Assembly: GCA_965644495.1 (NCBI GenBank)
Contig: CBFFSA010000012.1
Coordinates: forward strand, 372,001 to 436,000
DNA: 64,000 nucleotides
Direction: 5' to 3'
Origin: Perkinsela sp. CCAP 1560/9
Lineage: Eukaryota; Protista; Euglenozoa: Kinetoplastea
Below the pieces are notes generated by a model. It saw only the letters and a list, made by a program, of their open reading frames with translations, ran no database searches and was not told where the DNA came from. Each line of letters begins with the position of its first letter. The first letter of the stretch is position 1. Below are positions 56,279 through 64,000 of this stretch, piece after piece. Both the position numbers and the translations under genes were made by a program.

Positions 56279-56428
56279 ATTGATTTTACAATTATAAATC
56301 AATTGAAATACAAACGAGCACGACCTTTTTGACCCCTTTTTTTCTCTCTCGTACTCTAAAACACGTTTTCACACCACAACCCTCATATCTATTTTTTTCC
56401 TTCAAAAACCCTTCCCTACCCCTCCCCC

Positions 56429-57172
56429 ATGTCTCTCCCACCCCCCTCCCAAAACCCCAACCCCCCCAACCCCCCCAATCCCCTCTCCCAAAACGAAAAC
56501 CAAAACCCCACCCCCTCCCACGCTCTCCAACGACCCCCCACCTTCTCCCCCTCCCCCTCCCCCTCTTCCTTACCCTCTTCCTTCATCGCCCTCTACCGCG
56601 CCCTCCTCGCGGCCTCCCCCCCCCTCCCCCCCGCCCGTCCCTGGGCCGACTTCGCGGACCGCTCCGCGCTCACCCCCCCCGCCTCCCCCCCCGACGCCCT
56701 CGCCCGCGCCACCGCCAACCTCCCGCACTACGCCGGGAACTACGCCGTGGTGGCGCTCGCGGTGCTGGCGCTCGCGGGGCTCGGCAACCTGCTCTTCGTG
56801 GGGGCCATGGCCGCGTGCGCCGCCCTCGCGGGGGCGTACCGCCGGAGGAGGGCCCAGCAGGCCGGGGAGGGGGGGGAGGGGGTGGTGGTGGTGAGTGGAA
56901 GGGAGATCACCCCGGCCCAGGCCTACGGGGGGTTGGGGTTGGTGACGCTTTTTTTGTTTTGGTTGACCGGGGGGGGCGGGACGGTTTTTTGGGCGTTGGT
57001 GGGGAGTACGGTGGCGGTGGTGGGGCATGCGGTGATGCATGAGAGGGGGTCAGGGGAGTTGTGTGAAGGGGGTGGGGGAGGGTATGAGGGGGGGAAGCGT
57101 TTGAGGGAGTGGCAGAGGTTGTCCTCACAGGGGTCGGTTTCACGGGGGTCGTATATGGAGCATGTGGGGTGA
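56429..57172 (+). CDS. PRA1: PRA1 family protein (prenylated Rab acceptor)
   Basis: RPWADF, R...NL.HY..NY, two long hydrophobic hairpins ending in HA. Confidence 0.85.
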   Translation: MSLPPPSQNPNPPNPPNPLSQNENQNPTPSHALQRPPTFSPSPSPSSLPSSFIALYRALLAASPPLPPARPWADFADRSALTPPASPPDALARATANLPHYAGNYAVVALAVLALAGLGNLLFVGAMAACAALAGAYRRRRAQQAGEGGEGVVVVSGREITPAQAYGGLGLVTLFLFWLTGGGGTVFWALVGSTVAVVGHAVMHERGSGELCEGGGGGYEGGKRLREWQRLSSQGSVSRGSYMEHVG

Positions 57173-57427
57173 GGGGGGATAAGAGGGGGGCTTTGTAAGA
57201 TAGAAAGGTTTAGTATAGTTAGGTCCGTGGGTAAAGATCATGGGCTTGGTTTTAGTGTAAATTTCGAATTTTATTGCTTTTTTACGGATGACGCATCCTG
57301 TTGAGAAGCACGTTTTACGGAATCTTCTTATTGTTCTTTGTTGATTCTACAGAACTATTTCTATTTTCTAAAGAATCTGTCCAACACAACACTATACTTT
57401 AGCACAATGAATTGATTCATATCGTCG

Positions 57428-60400
57428 ATGGTTCTACTTTCTACTCATTTGCCGAGTTCCCGATCGCAGAAACATCGATCTCAATTGCACCGAACGCAAA
57501 CTGAACACTCCGATTGCAAAGATCACGTAAATGGTTCAATCACTTCCTCTCAAAGTTCCGAACACTCAGACACATCATTGGTCCCACAAGAATCGAATTC
57601 ACCGAGTTCCTCCAATCTGAAGCCCTCCTCCCATTTACATGACTTGGAGAGAACAAAAGTTTCTTTTTTGAGCAAGGCCCAATGCTCACACGAACTGTTT
57701 TCGTCTTCTCAACTTAAAACTTTATCCCAAAGCAAATCAGATCTTTCTGCTTGGAAAGGTTGGATACACACCTTAAACGTCATGGATCACGCAGTTCGCG
57801 TATTTCAAGTCACGCAACATCTTTCTTCAGGTGCGTCTACGAAACCCTTTGCTAAGCCCCTTGCCTTCGAAGTGGCTCATATACTTCGACAGAAAAAATG
57901 CGATTCTGTGGTACTTAAGTGGCCGTTTGAATCCGATTTTATGTGGGAATCTTTGGATGACGTAACTTTACATGGACGAAGTCAACTTCCTCTTTGCTGC
58001 TCTCTTTATATGCAAAGCACACTTTTTCTTCTCTTGCTGGCGCTCTATGACGCAACAGAACGTTATTCCGAAGATAATATTGCCAAAGCTGAGACTGACG
58101 ATCTATCGTCTCTCAATTCCTCTCTTTCTCTTCTTGCTTTTTGTTTTTCTTACGCGAACGATGCTTCCCAAAGCATGGAAAATCAAAGACTGTCTTCGCC
58201 AAAGCCTGAAAGACATATGGATCAGAATCTAGAAAAATGCAAAGATCTGTGCGACAAAATATATTTGTACGGGTTACATTTCGTATGTAAAATTGCTATG
58301 GGGAATTTGAAGGACGCAAGTCACCCCATATGGATCCTTTTAGCCCATTTGTTTTCGAGGCAAACCCAACAAGCCAAAAACAAAGACTTAATGATTGTCC
58401 CTGGGAACTCGATCATTTCCAAAGGCCAAGGGAATCCTTCCAAAGATTCGCTAAGCAAAGAATTCAAAAATCTGAGATTTCCTATCAATCTTTCGTCAAG
58501 CATTTTTCAAAACGTAGAATCGTGTTTAACGGCCCTTCTTGCCCGGCTTATTCAGGAATCTTGGAAAGACTTTCAGTTGGGGCAACAGAAAACCTTTAAT
58601 TTCTTACAATCAAAATTGGATTGCACAGCTTTGTGTCATGTTGTGACGCAATCTAGATCACGAACTTCGCCAAAGGGCTTTCAAATTGATTTAGGGAACG
58701 ATAGCTCGAAATACATTCCCGCACTCTCTTCCTTGTTTTTGATACGATTTGCAGCTGTTTGCCTTCTACCGTGGATAAGACGTATGAAGTCTGAAAAAGG
58801 AACTTCTGTAGTTCTCCCAAAAAAGATGCACACATTATTGATGTTCATTGCCCACAGTTTACACTACGAGGGCTATACTCCGCTGGCTTTTGAACTTTGG
58901 AATTCTCTTTGTGATGAGAAGTGTTGTGATCAAAGTGATCTTTATAAAAAGGACGCATATTTGAGTCATGCACTCACGATGGGCAATCTGGAGATTATTT
59001 CCAAATGGGTCGATTCCACTCAGGACACTTTGGAATTTCTTCAAAAGCTGCATATTTCGGGCCATTCCCTGAAAGCTGAGACCGGAGCCGCAGATCCCTT
59101 GCAACGTGGTTCGCAGATTGCCGAAACGGAGACAACGCTTAACGATCTCTCTGTTTTCAAAAGAATTTTCACACTTTATCATAACAGTTTCTCGGAGTCT
59201 TCGTCATTTCCTGCGGAAAACATTTTGGCCGATCTCCTGCCTTTGCTGCAAAAGTACATTCCATGGATTGTGGACACTCAACATTTCTGTGATGCATCCC
59301 ATCTTAATTTGTTGAATGAAAAGGAAACGAACACGCCTCGGGACACGCAACCACAAAACACTGTTATTCCGAAAAGAAACACAGAAAATGATACAGAGAA
59401 AACTGCCGATGCAATTTCCAGCCTCCCTGCAGAACACAGCAACGAGAAAACATCCAATACGAATGAAACCGTAATAAAAACACAAACAAAAAACAAATCT
59501 CACTCCATTTCTTCCTTGGAAACGGCACACTATATTATCGATTCTTGTTTTCTTGTCGCTGAACTGTTTCTCTCTCGCGGGGATATTCCGAGTGCCACAA
59601 GATCTCTGTGTGCTGTTCTTTCAGTACTCCTTGGAAGCGCTACCCTCTTGAGTACCCGACATCTTTTACGTGTCCTTGAATGTTTTAGTCTTCTATCGGG
59701 CTCAGTAGAATCTCTTGTCTCGTTTTCATCCAATGATTTCAATGATGTGGTACAGACATATCGAACGCGCTCTCTGTTTGCGTTTGTTTCTCCAGTTTCG
59801 TTTACGCGTTGGGCTTTTAGAGAGCGTGAATTTGAAATGCGGATATCTCCAGGAATGATCTATTCTTCCCTAAACAATGACGGTTCCGATTCCATCGAGG
59901 ATGACCGAAATGACAAAGTAACGAACGTTCTCTCTCTAATGGAAGTGAAAGAACGGAATTATCTTGCTCCGCGCAGTTTGCATGACATCAATGATGCATT
60001 CAATTCGCTACACTCGATGCAAAGGACATTAACAGAGGTTAAAAAAGATGAGCACCGACAAATCGAACATCTTATTTCCACTGCACTGGACGCAGACCGA
60101 ACTTTGCAATGTCCACAACGTTTGTTCGTGCTCAAAGAGTTCATGTCTCGGATTGAACGTCTCTTACGTCGAACGCTAAAATTACGGTCAGAGGCAACGA
60201 AATATCGACTTTTCCCCATGCACTTCGGGACACTGCATCACACTTGTTCGGGACACTGCCACGCAAACGATCGAAAAGAATTTCATCTGACACTTGCGCG
60301 TATTGCCATTTTATGGGGGTTTACTTCCCTTGCGGCTACTCAGCTGTTATCCTGCTGCAATCTAAGTTTTGATGCCATTTCTGGAGCACACACTGTTCCT

Positions 60401-62959
60401 CTCGAATTTACCTTTTCCAAGAGTTTTCCCCGAACGCAGTCTTCACCTAAAACCAATGTAGCGCAAAGCAACACAAAGGAAGGTCATTTTTCGTACTCTT
60501 CGAAGGATAAAAATTCTTTTTCGCTTGAAAATATTCCATGTGATGTTACACTATGTGCCATCGTACGAGATTCTACTCGAGACATACTTTATTTTGTACG
60601 ATGGGAAAATTTGCCTTTTGCCTCTGCCACGGAGCCAACAGATGCAGAACCCTGTGTTTATTTGTGCGAAATACCCGCGCCTTCCCTGTTGTTTGATCTT
60701 GTCGAAAAAGCGCAAAATATTACAAACGAGGCTGCGAATCAAGTTGTGCAACATGATCTTGAACTCAACAAAGAACCTCCAAAAGAGGATGCAGAAAAAA
60801 AGAATTCGTCCTCGGAGATTTTATCTAAAAATACGGCAGTCAGCAACAAACGTGGTTCTCATTCAGAGCGCAAAGCTTTTTGGTCACAGCGTGAAGCATT
60901 TGACCAAAAATTGGGAGGCGTTGTAAGCTCTATGCAGGAAGATGTTTGGGGTTCTCTCTGCTATGCGTTACTTCCCTCTTTTCGAATGGATGCAGATCGA
61001 TTTGAACATGTAGAGAATACAGAACCCACAAAAAGTGAAACAACCTCTTTATCTCATGAGGAAAAATTCTCCTTAAAGGAAAAAGCGCTGCTTTCTAAAT
61101 ATCGCACTCGAATTTATGCACTCTTTCTTAAAGGTAATTCCGATTCTGAAATAGATTCTTCGCGAGCACAAACAATGCAAAATGATAACTTTTCCTGTGT
61201 CTTGGGCGTGCTATCCGCCTTCATACGATCGGTTCCTTTTCTTGAAAATCCTCCCACCATCGAATCATGTTCAAACCGTATTGACACCTCCAAAGCATCC
61301 ACATCGTCTACGACTCCAGCCGACCGGCTTTTAGATCTTATATCCTATTCGATTTGCTCCGACGCTTCTATTCTCATGGAAACAGAACCTTTTAAGAAAC
61401 GTTTAAAAGACCTCTTACTAGAATTCTATGAAGACTCTTGTGAAATGTACGATTCCATTTTTGATGGGATCCTGCCTCAAAAACTTTCCTTCAATGTTTC
61501 GGAGAATCCATCGTACACTTCTACGCTTTCTGGAACGTCTCCAAAGTTGAGTTCTTCGCCCCTTTTAGCGAATCTCTCCGAAACGGATTCAACTTCCTCG
61601 TCTTTCTCAAGAACAAAGCGCTTGCTTTCTCACCGTAAACTTTGGCTTTTGTTCGACCAGCAACCTCTGAATTCTCAAGGTCTCACACTTCATCATTTCC
61701 CATGGGAATCTCTTCCCTGTTTTCGATGGTTTCACAAAGGCAAACCATCTTCTCATATGGTTCGAATTCCCTCTTTGCGATATGCGATGCAAAGCGTATC
61801 GAATTTTGCATTTTTGAATGCACAAAAATGCTCCAAAAATACACATTTTAATGCTGTGTCTCCAAAACAGAACATCAAAGGATTAAAAACGAATACTTTG
61901 AGATCGGATCAAGCCTATCCCTATTCTCTGTATTACTGTTTGAATCCGATGGGCGATACCCATCGGTCACAGGAAACGTTAGAACCTCTTTTACGCAAAC
62001 TTCCCAACAGCACGGGAAGTGTTGGAAAAATAAAGAGAGATGGATACTCAACGGTGGACTGTTGCGATCCGATTTCAGGTTTGCATACAGGAGGGACGTT
62101 TCTGTATGTTGGACATGGCAGCGGCTATCGAATTCTTCCTCGACATAAATTGCTGACATGTGCAGGAAAAATGAGACGAAGGGAAGCCGAGAAATCCAAA
62201 CGATATTCGGAAGATCGTGAGGGAGATCAGGAATCTTTGACAGAAAATGAAGAGCCCACGCCAAGGAAAAGTTTTTCGGAGTATCTAAAAACACCGTTTT
62301 CTCTTTTGGGGAAACTAAAAGAATATATCAAACCCTCATCCGAATCCTCTACGAATAATACGGATAATAACAAATCCTCGGAAGTCGAAATGTCGACGGG
62401 AAAAGAAGATTCCGAAGAAGTTTCTCGACACTCCCATACATTACTGGATGAAGCGCAAGATGGGAATTTTACAGAATTGCAAGCTTCCACCCGTAGTGCA
62501 TCTTCATTGGTCTCATCTTCTATTCTTCCTTCTCACACTGTGCTACTTATGGGTTGCTCCAGTGCATCCTTGAGTGAAGGTCCGTATGCGATTCCTTACA
62601 CTTTACTTCACTTTGGGGTGCGTCAAGTCCTGTGCACTTTATGGGATATAACAGATGGCGAAATTGATCGCTACACGAAGCAATATCTCAAAACTGCATT
62701 TTTACCTCAGGAAACCGATTCCGATGGAAAACCAGAAGCGAACGGGTCTGCTCGATCTTTGAGCGAAAACGTTGAAACAGAAATGGGGAATCTTTGCTTG
62801 AAGAAAGGAAGTGCCACTTCATCTAAAATCGTTGTCCTTGAAACAGATCGAAACGTGCTCCCCAAAGATTTTGACCTGCACCACAACATGTTACGCGCAC
62901 GAGAAGCCCCAAGGCTGTTTTATCTCACAAGTTCATCTGTAGTCTGTTATGGCACCTAA
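57428..62959 (+). CDS. ESP1: Separase (peptidase C50)
   Basis: FW..R..FD..L, LHHFPWESLP, RIPSL, YCLNPMGD, YVGHGSG, LMGCSS, LWDITDGEID, VVCYG. Confidence 0.92.
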   Translation: MVLLSTHLPSSRSQKHRSQLHRTQTEHSDCKDHVNGSITSSQSSEHSDTSLVPQESNSPSSSNLKPSSHLHDLERTKVSFLSKAQCSHELFSSSQLKTLSQSKSDLSAWKGWIHTLNVMDHAVRVFQVTQHLSSGASTKPFAKPLAFEVAHILRQKKCDSVVLKWPFESDFMWESLDDVTLHGRSQLPLCCSLYMQSTLFLLLLALYDATERYSEDNIAKAETDDLSSLNSSLSLLAFCFSYANDASQSMENQRLSSPKPERHMDQNLEKCKDLCDKIYLYGLHFVCKIAMGNLKDASHPIWILLAHLFSRQTQQAKNKDLMIVPGNSIISKGQGNPSKDSLSKEFKNLRFPINLSSSIFQNVESCLTALLARLIQESWKDFQLGQQKTFNFLQSKLDCTALCHVVTQSRSRTSPKGFQIDLGNDSSKYIPALSSLFLIRFAAVCLLPWIRRMKSEKGTSVVLPKKMHTLLMFIAHSLHYEGYTPLAFELWNSLCDEKCCDQSDLYKKDAYLSHALTMGNLEIISKWVDSTQDTLEFLQKLHISGHSLKAETGAADPLQRGSQIAETETTLNDLSVFKRIFTLYHNSFSESSSFPAENILADLLPLLQKYIPWIVDTQHFCDASHLNLLNEKETNTPRDTQPQNTVIPKRNTENDTEKTADAISSLPAEHSNEKTSNTNETVIKTQTKNKSHSISSLETAHYIIDSCFLVAELFLSRGDIPSATRSLCAVLSVLLGSATLLSTRHLLRVLECFSLLSGSVESLVSFSSNDFNDVVQTYRTRSLFAFVSPVSFTRWAFREREFEMRISPGMIYSSLNNDGSDSIEDDRNDKVTNVLSLMEVKERNYLAPRSLHDINDAFNSLHSMQRTLTEVKKDEHRQIEHLISTALDADRTLQCPQRLFVLKEFMSRIERLLRRTLKLRSEATKYRLFPMHFGTLHHTCSGHCHANDRKEFHLTLARIAILWGFTSLAATQLLSCCNLSFDAISGAHTVPLEFTFSKSFPRTQSSPKTNVAQSNTKEGHFSYSSKDKNSFSLENIPCDVTLCAIVRDSTRDILYFVRWENLPFASATEPTDAEPCVYLCEIPAPSLLFDLVEKAQNITNEAANQVVQHDLELNKEPPKEDAEKKNSSSEILSKNTAVSNKRGSHSERKAFWSQREAFDQKLGGVVSSMQEDVWGSLCYALLPSFRMDADRFEHVENTEPTKSETTSLSHEEKFSLKEKALLSKYRTRIYALFLKGNSDSEIDSSRAQTMQNDNFSCVLGVLSAFIRSVPFLENPPTIESCSNRIDTSKASTSSTTPADRLLDLISYSICSDASILMETEPFKKRLKDLLLEFYEDSCEMYDSIFDGILPQKLSFNVSENPSYTSTLSGTSPKLSSSPLLANLSETDSTSSSFSRTKRLLSHRKLWLLFDQQPLNSQGLTLHHFPWESLPCFRWFHKGKPSSHMVRIPSLRYAMQSVSNFAFLNAQKCSKNTHFNAVSPKQNIKGLKTNTLRSDQAYPYSLYYCLNPMGDTHRSQETLEPLLRKLPNSTGSVGKIKRDGYSTVDCCDPISGLHTGGTFLYVGHGSGYRILPRHKLLTCAGKMRRREAEKSKRYSEDREGDQESLTENEEPTPRKSFSEYLKTPFSLLGKLKEYIKPSSESSTNNTDNNKSSEVEMSTGKEDSEEVSRHSHTLLDEAQDGNFTELQASTRSASSLVSSSILPSHTVLLMGCSSASLSEGPYAIPYTLLHFGVRQVLCTLWDITDGEIDRYTKQYLKTAFLPQETDSDGKPEANGSARSLSENVETEMGNLCLKKGSATSSKIVVLETDRNVLPKDFDLHHNMLRAREAPRLFYLTSSSVVCYGT

Positions 62960-63039
62960 TATCACATTCTCTTTTCAACTCTGTCTTACGCACAAAAATA
63001 CCGCAAAATATTTCAAGGAAAAATACACGTTTTCCTTCA

Positions 63040-63167
63040 AAAACATTTTTTTTTCAAATTTTTATCTTCAATCCAAATTTTTTAATCATAATCCTATTTA
63101 TATTATTCTTATATTTTTTTGAAGCTCATTTTTTTCTTCCCTCTTTTTCTCCCTCCTTCCTTCCTCC
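63040..63167 (+). promoter_or_regulatory. Polypyrimidine tract / putative trans-splicing acceptor region upstream of NOP58
   Basis: T/C-rich tract with AG at ~63123 before the ATG; similar tracts precede other housekeeping genes. Confidence 0.4.
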
Positions 63168-64000
63168 ATGTCCTACGCCCTTGCGGAGCTCCCCGCAGGC
63201 TACGCCCTCATCCGCCTCGAAACCGCCGACACCCCCACACTCCACGCGCTCCACAAATTCAAATCCACCAAGGAGGCGCTGCAATCCACCAGCGCTCTTC
63301 TTCAAAGCGAACTCTCCCAGCCGCTTAAAAAATTCCTAAAACGCAATCTCCCGAAAGAGCAGGTCGAGAGCCTCAGCGTTCTGGATGCGAAATTGGGCAA
63401 ACTGATCAAATCGGAGCTCAAACTCCCGATTATCCATGGGGATGAGGTGCTGGACCAGATGCGGCTGATTCGTGGCGCCATGCACAATCTGCTTACGGAA
63501 ATTTCCCCCACACAGATGCACCAATCCAGTCTGGGACTCTCCCATCATTTGAATCGCTACAAACTTCGGTTTTCTCCGGAGAAAATTGACATGATGGTGG
63601 TGCAAGCCGTAGCCTTGCTCGATGATTTGGATAAAGAATTAAACAAATACGCCATGCGTGCCCGTGAGTGGTACGGCTGGCATTTTCCGGAACTTAGCAA
63701 ACTGATTGCGGATAATGTGGTGTATGCGAAAATCGCGTGTGCCATGAAAACACGCGATCACGCGAAAGAAGCCAACCTCGAGTCTTTTCTCTCCGAGGAG
63801 GAGGCCGGGAAAATTCGAGAAGCGGCTCGACTCTCCATGGGGACCGAAATCAGTGAGGACGACGTGGAGAACATCTGTGCGCTTTGCACGGAGGTGATCT
63901 CGACGTCTCACTACCGCGAGCAGCTCGCGGCGTACCTCTCGAACCGGATGAAAGCGATTGCGCCGAATTTAACCACCATGGTGGGGGAACAAATCGGGGC
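63168..64000 (+). CDS. NOP58: Box C/D snoRNP protein NOP58 (runs off window)
   Basis: LGLSHHLNRYKLRFSPEKIDMMVVQAV, ELNKYAMRAREWYGWHFPEL, SMGTEIS, RMKAIAPNLTTMVGE. Confidence 0.92.
   Translation, partial: MSYALAELPAGYALIRLETADTPTLHALHKFKSTKEALQSTSALLQSELSQPLKKFLKRNLPKEQVESLSVLDAKLGKLIKSELKLPIIHGDEVLDQMRLIRGAMHNLLTEISPTQMHQSSLGLSHHLNRYKLRFSPEKIDMMVVQAVALLDDLDKELNKYAMRAREWYGWHFPELSKLIADNVVYAKIACAMKTRDHAKEANLESFLSEEEAGKIREAARLSMGTEISEDDVENICALCTEVISTSHYREQLAAYLSNRMKAIAPNLTTMVGEQIG

Noticed and set aside
422-63911. Numerous short antisense or overlapping ORFs in the track
   Set aside because: Shadows of real + strand genes or of repeats, with no independent motifs
1-64000. Genome-wide TAG reassignment (Blastocrithidia-like code)
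   Set aside because: TAG ends many genes at homologous C-termini (e.g. 46474-46476, 13358-13360) and long genes have no internal stops

Overview
Eukaryotic, intron-less DNA in which every host gene is on the + strand. Pyrimidine-rich spacers precede several housekeeping genes, and one gene is a KREPB/KREN-type RNA-editing protein, so this is very likely a polycistronic unit of a kinetoplastid (inferred: a non-trypanosomatid, possibly prokinetoplastid/Perkinsela-like). Housekeeping genes are mS23-like, a USP deubiquitinase, KREPB-like, a divergent PCNA, a WxxAL-repeat protein, a DEDDh exonuclease, an ING N-domain protein, PRA1, separase and partial NOP58. They are interleaved with 18 members (14 intact, 4 disrupted) of one family of small LRR-only proteins. 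The family shares a leader (hydrophobic..[S/A]D, variable spacer, R-x-S-K-V-R-G-x-x-L-P-x-E-Y-x-L), a Cys/Trp cap and 23-aa repeats, and shows patchwork gene conversion. Intergenic DNA is dense with mobile elements: Merlin (8-bp TSDs), Tc1/mariner including a DD51E relic, PIF/Harbinger, TA-flanked MITEs and a tRNA-headed SINE-like element. Two further mobile families stand out: an abundant hairpin-capped Helentron/DINE-like element with a head-to-tail junction, and a non-coding element whose two copies conserve stems by compensatory change around swapped central modules. All family assignments are from motif recognition by eye; no database search was run.
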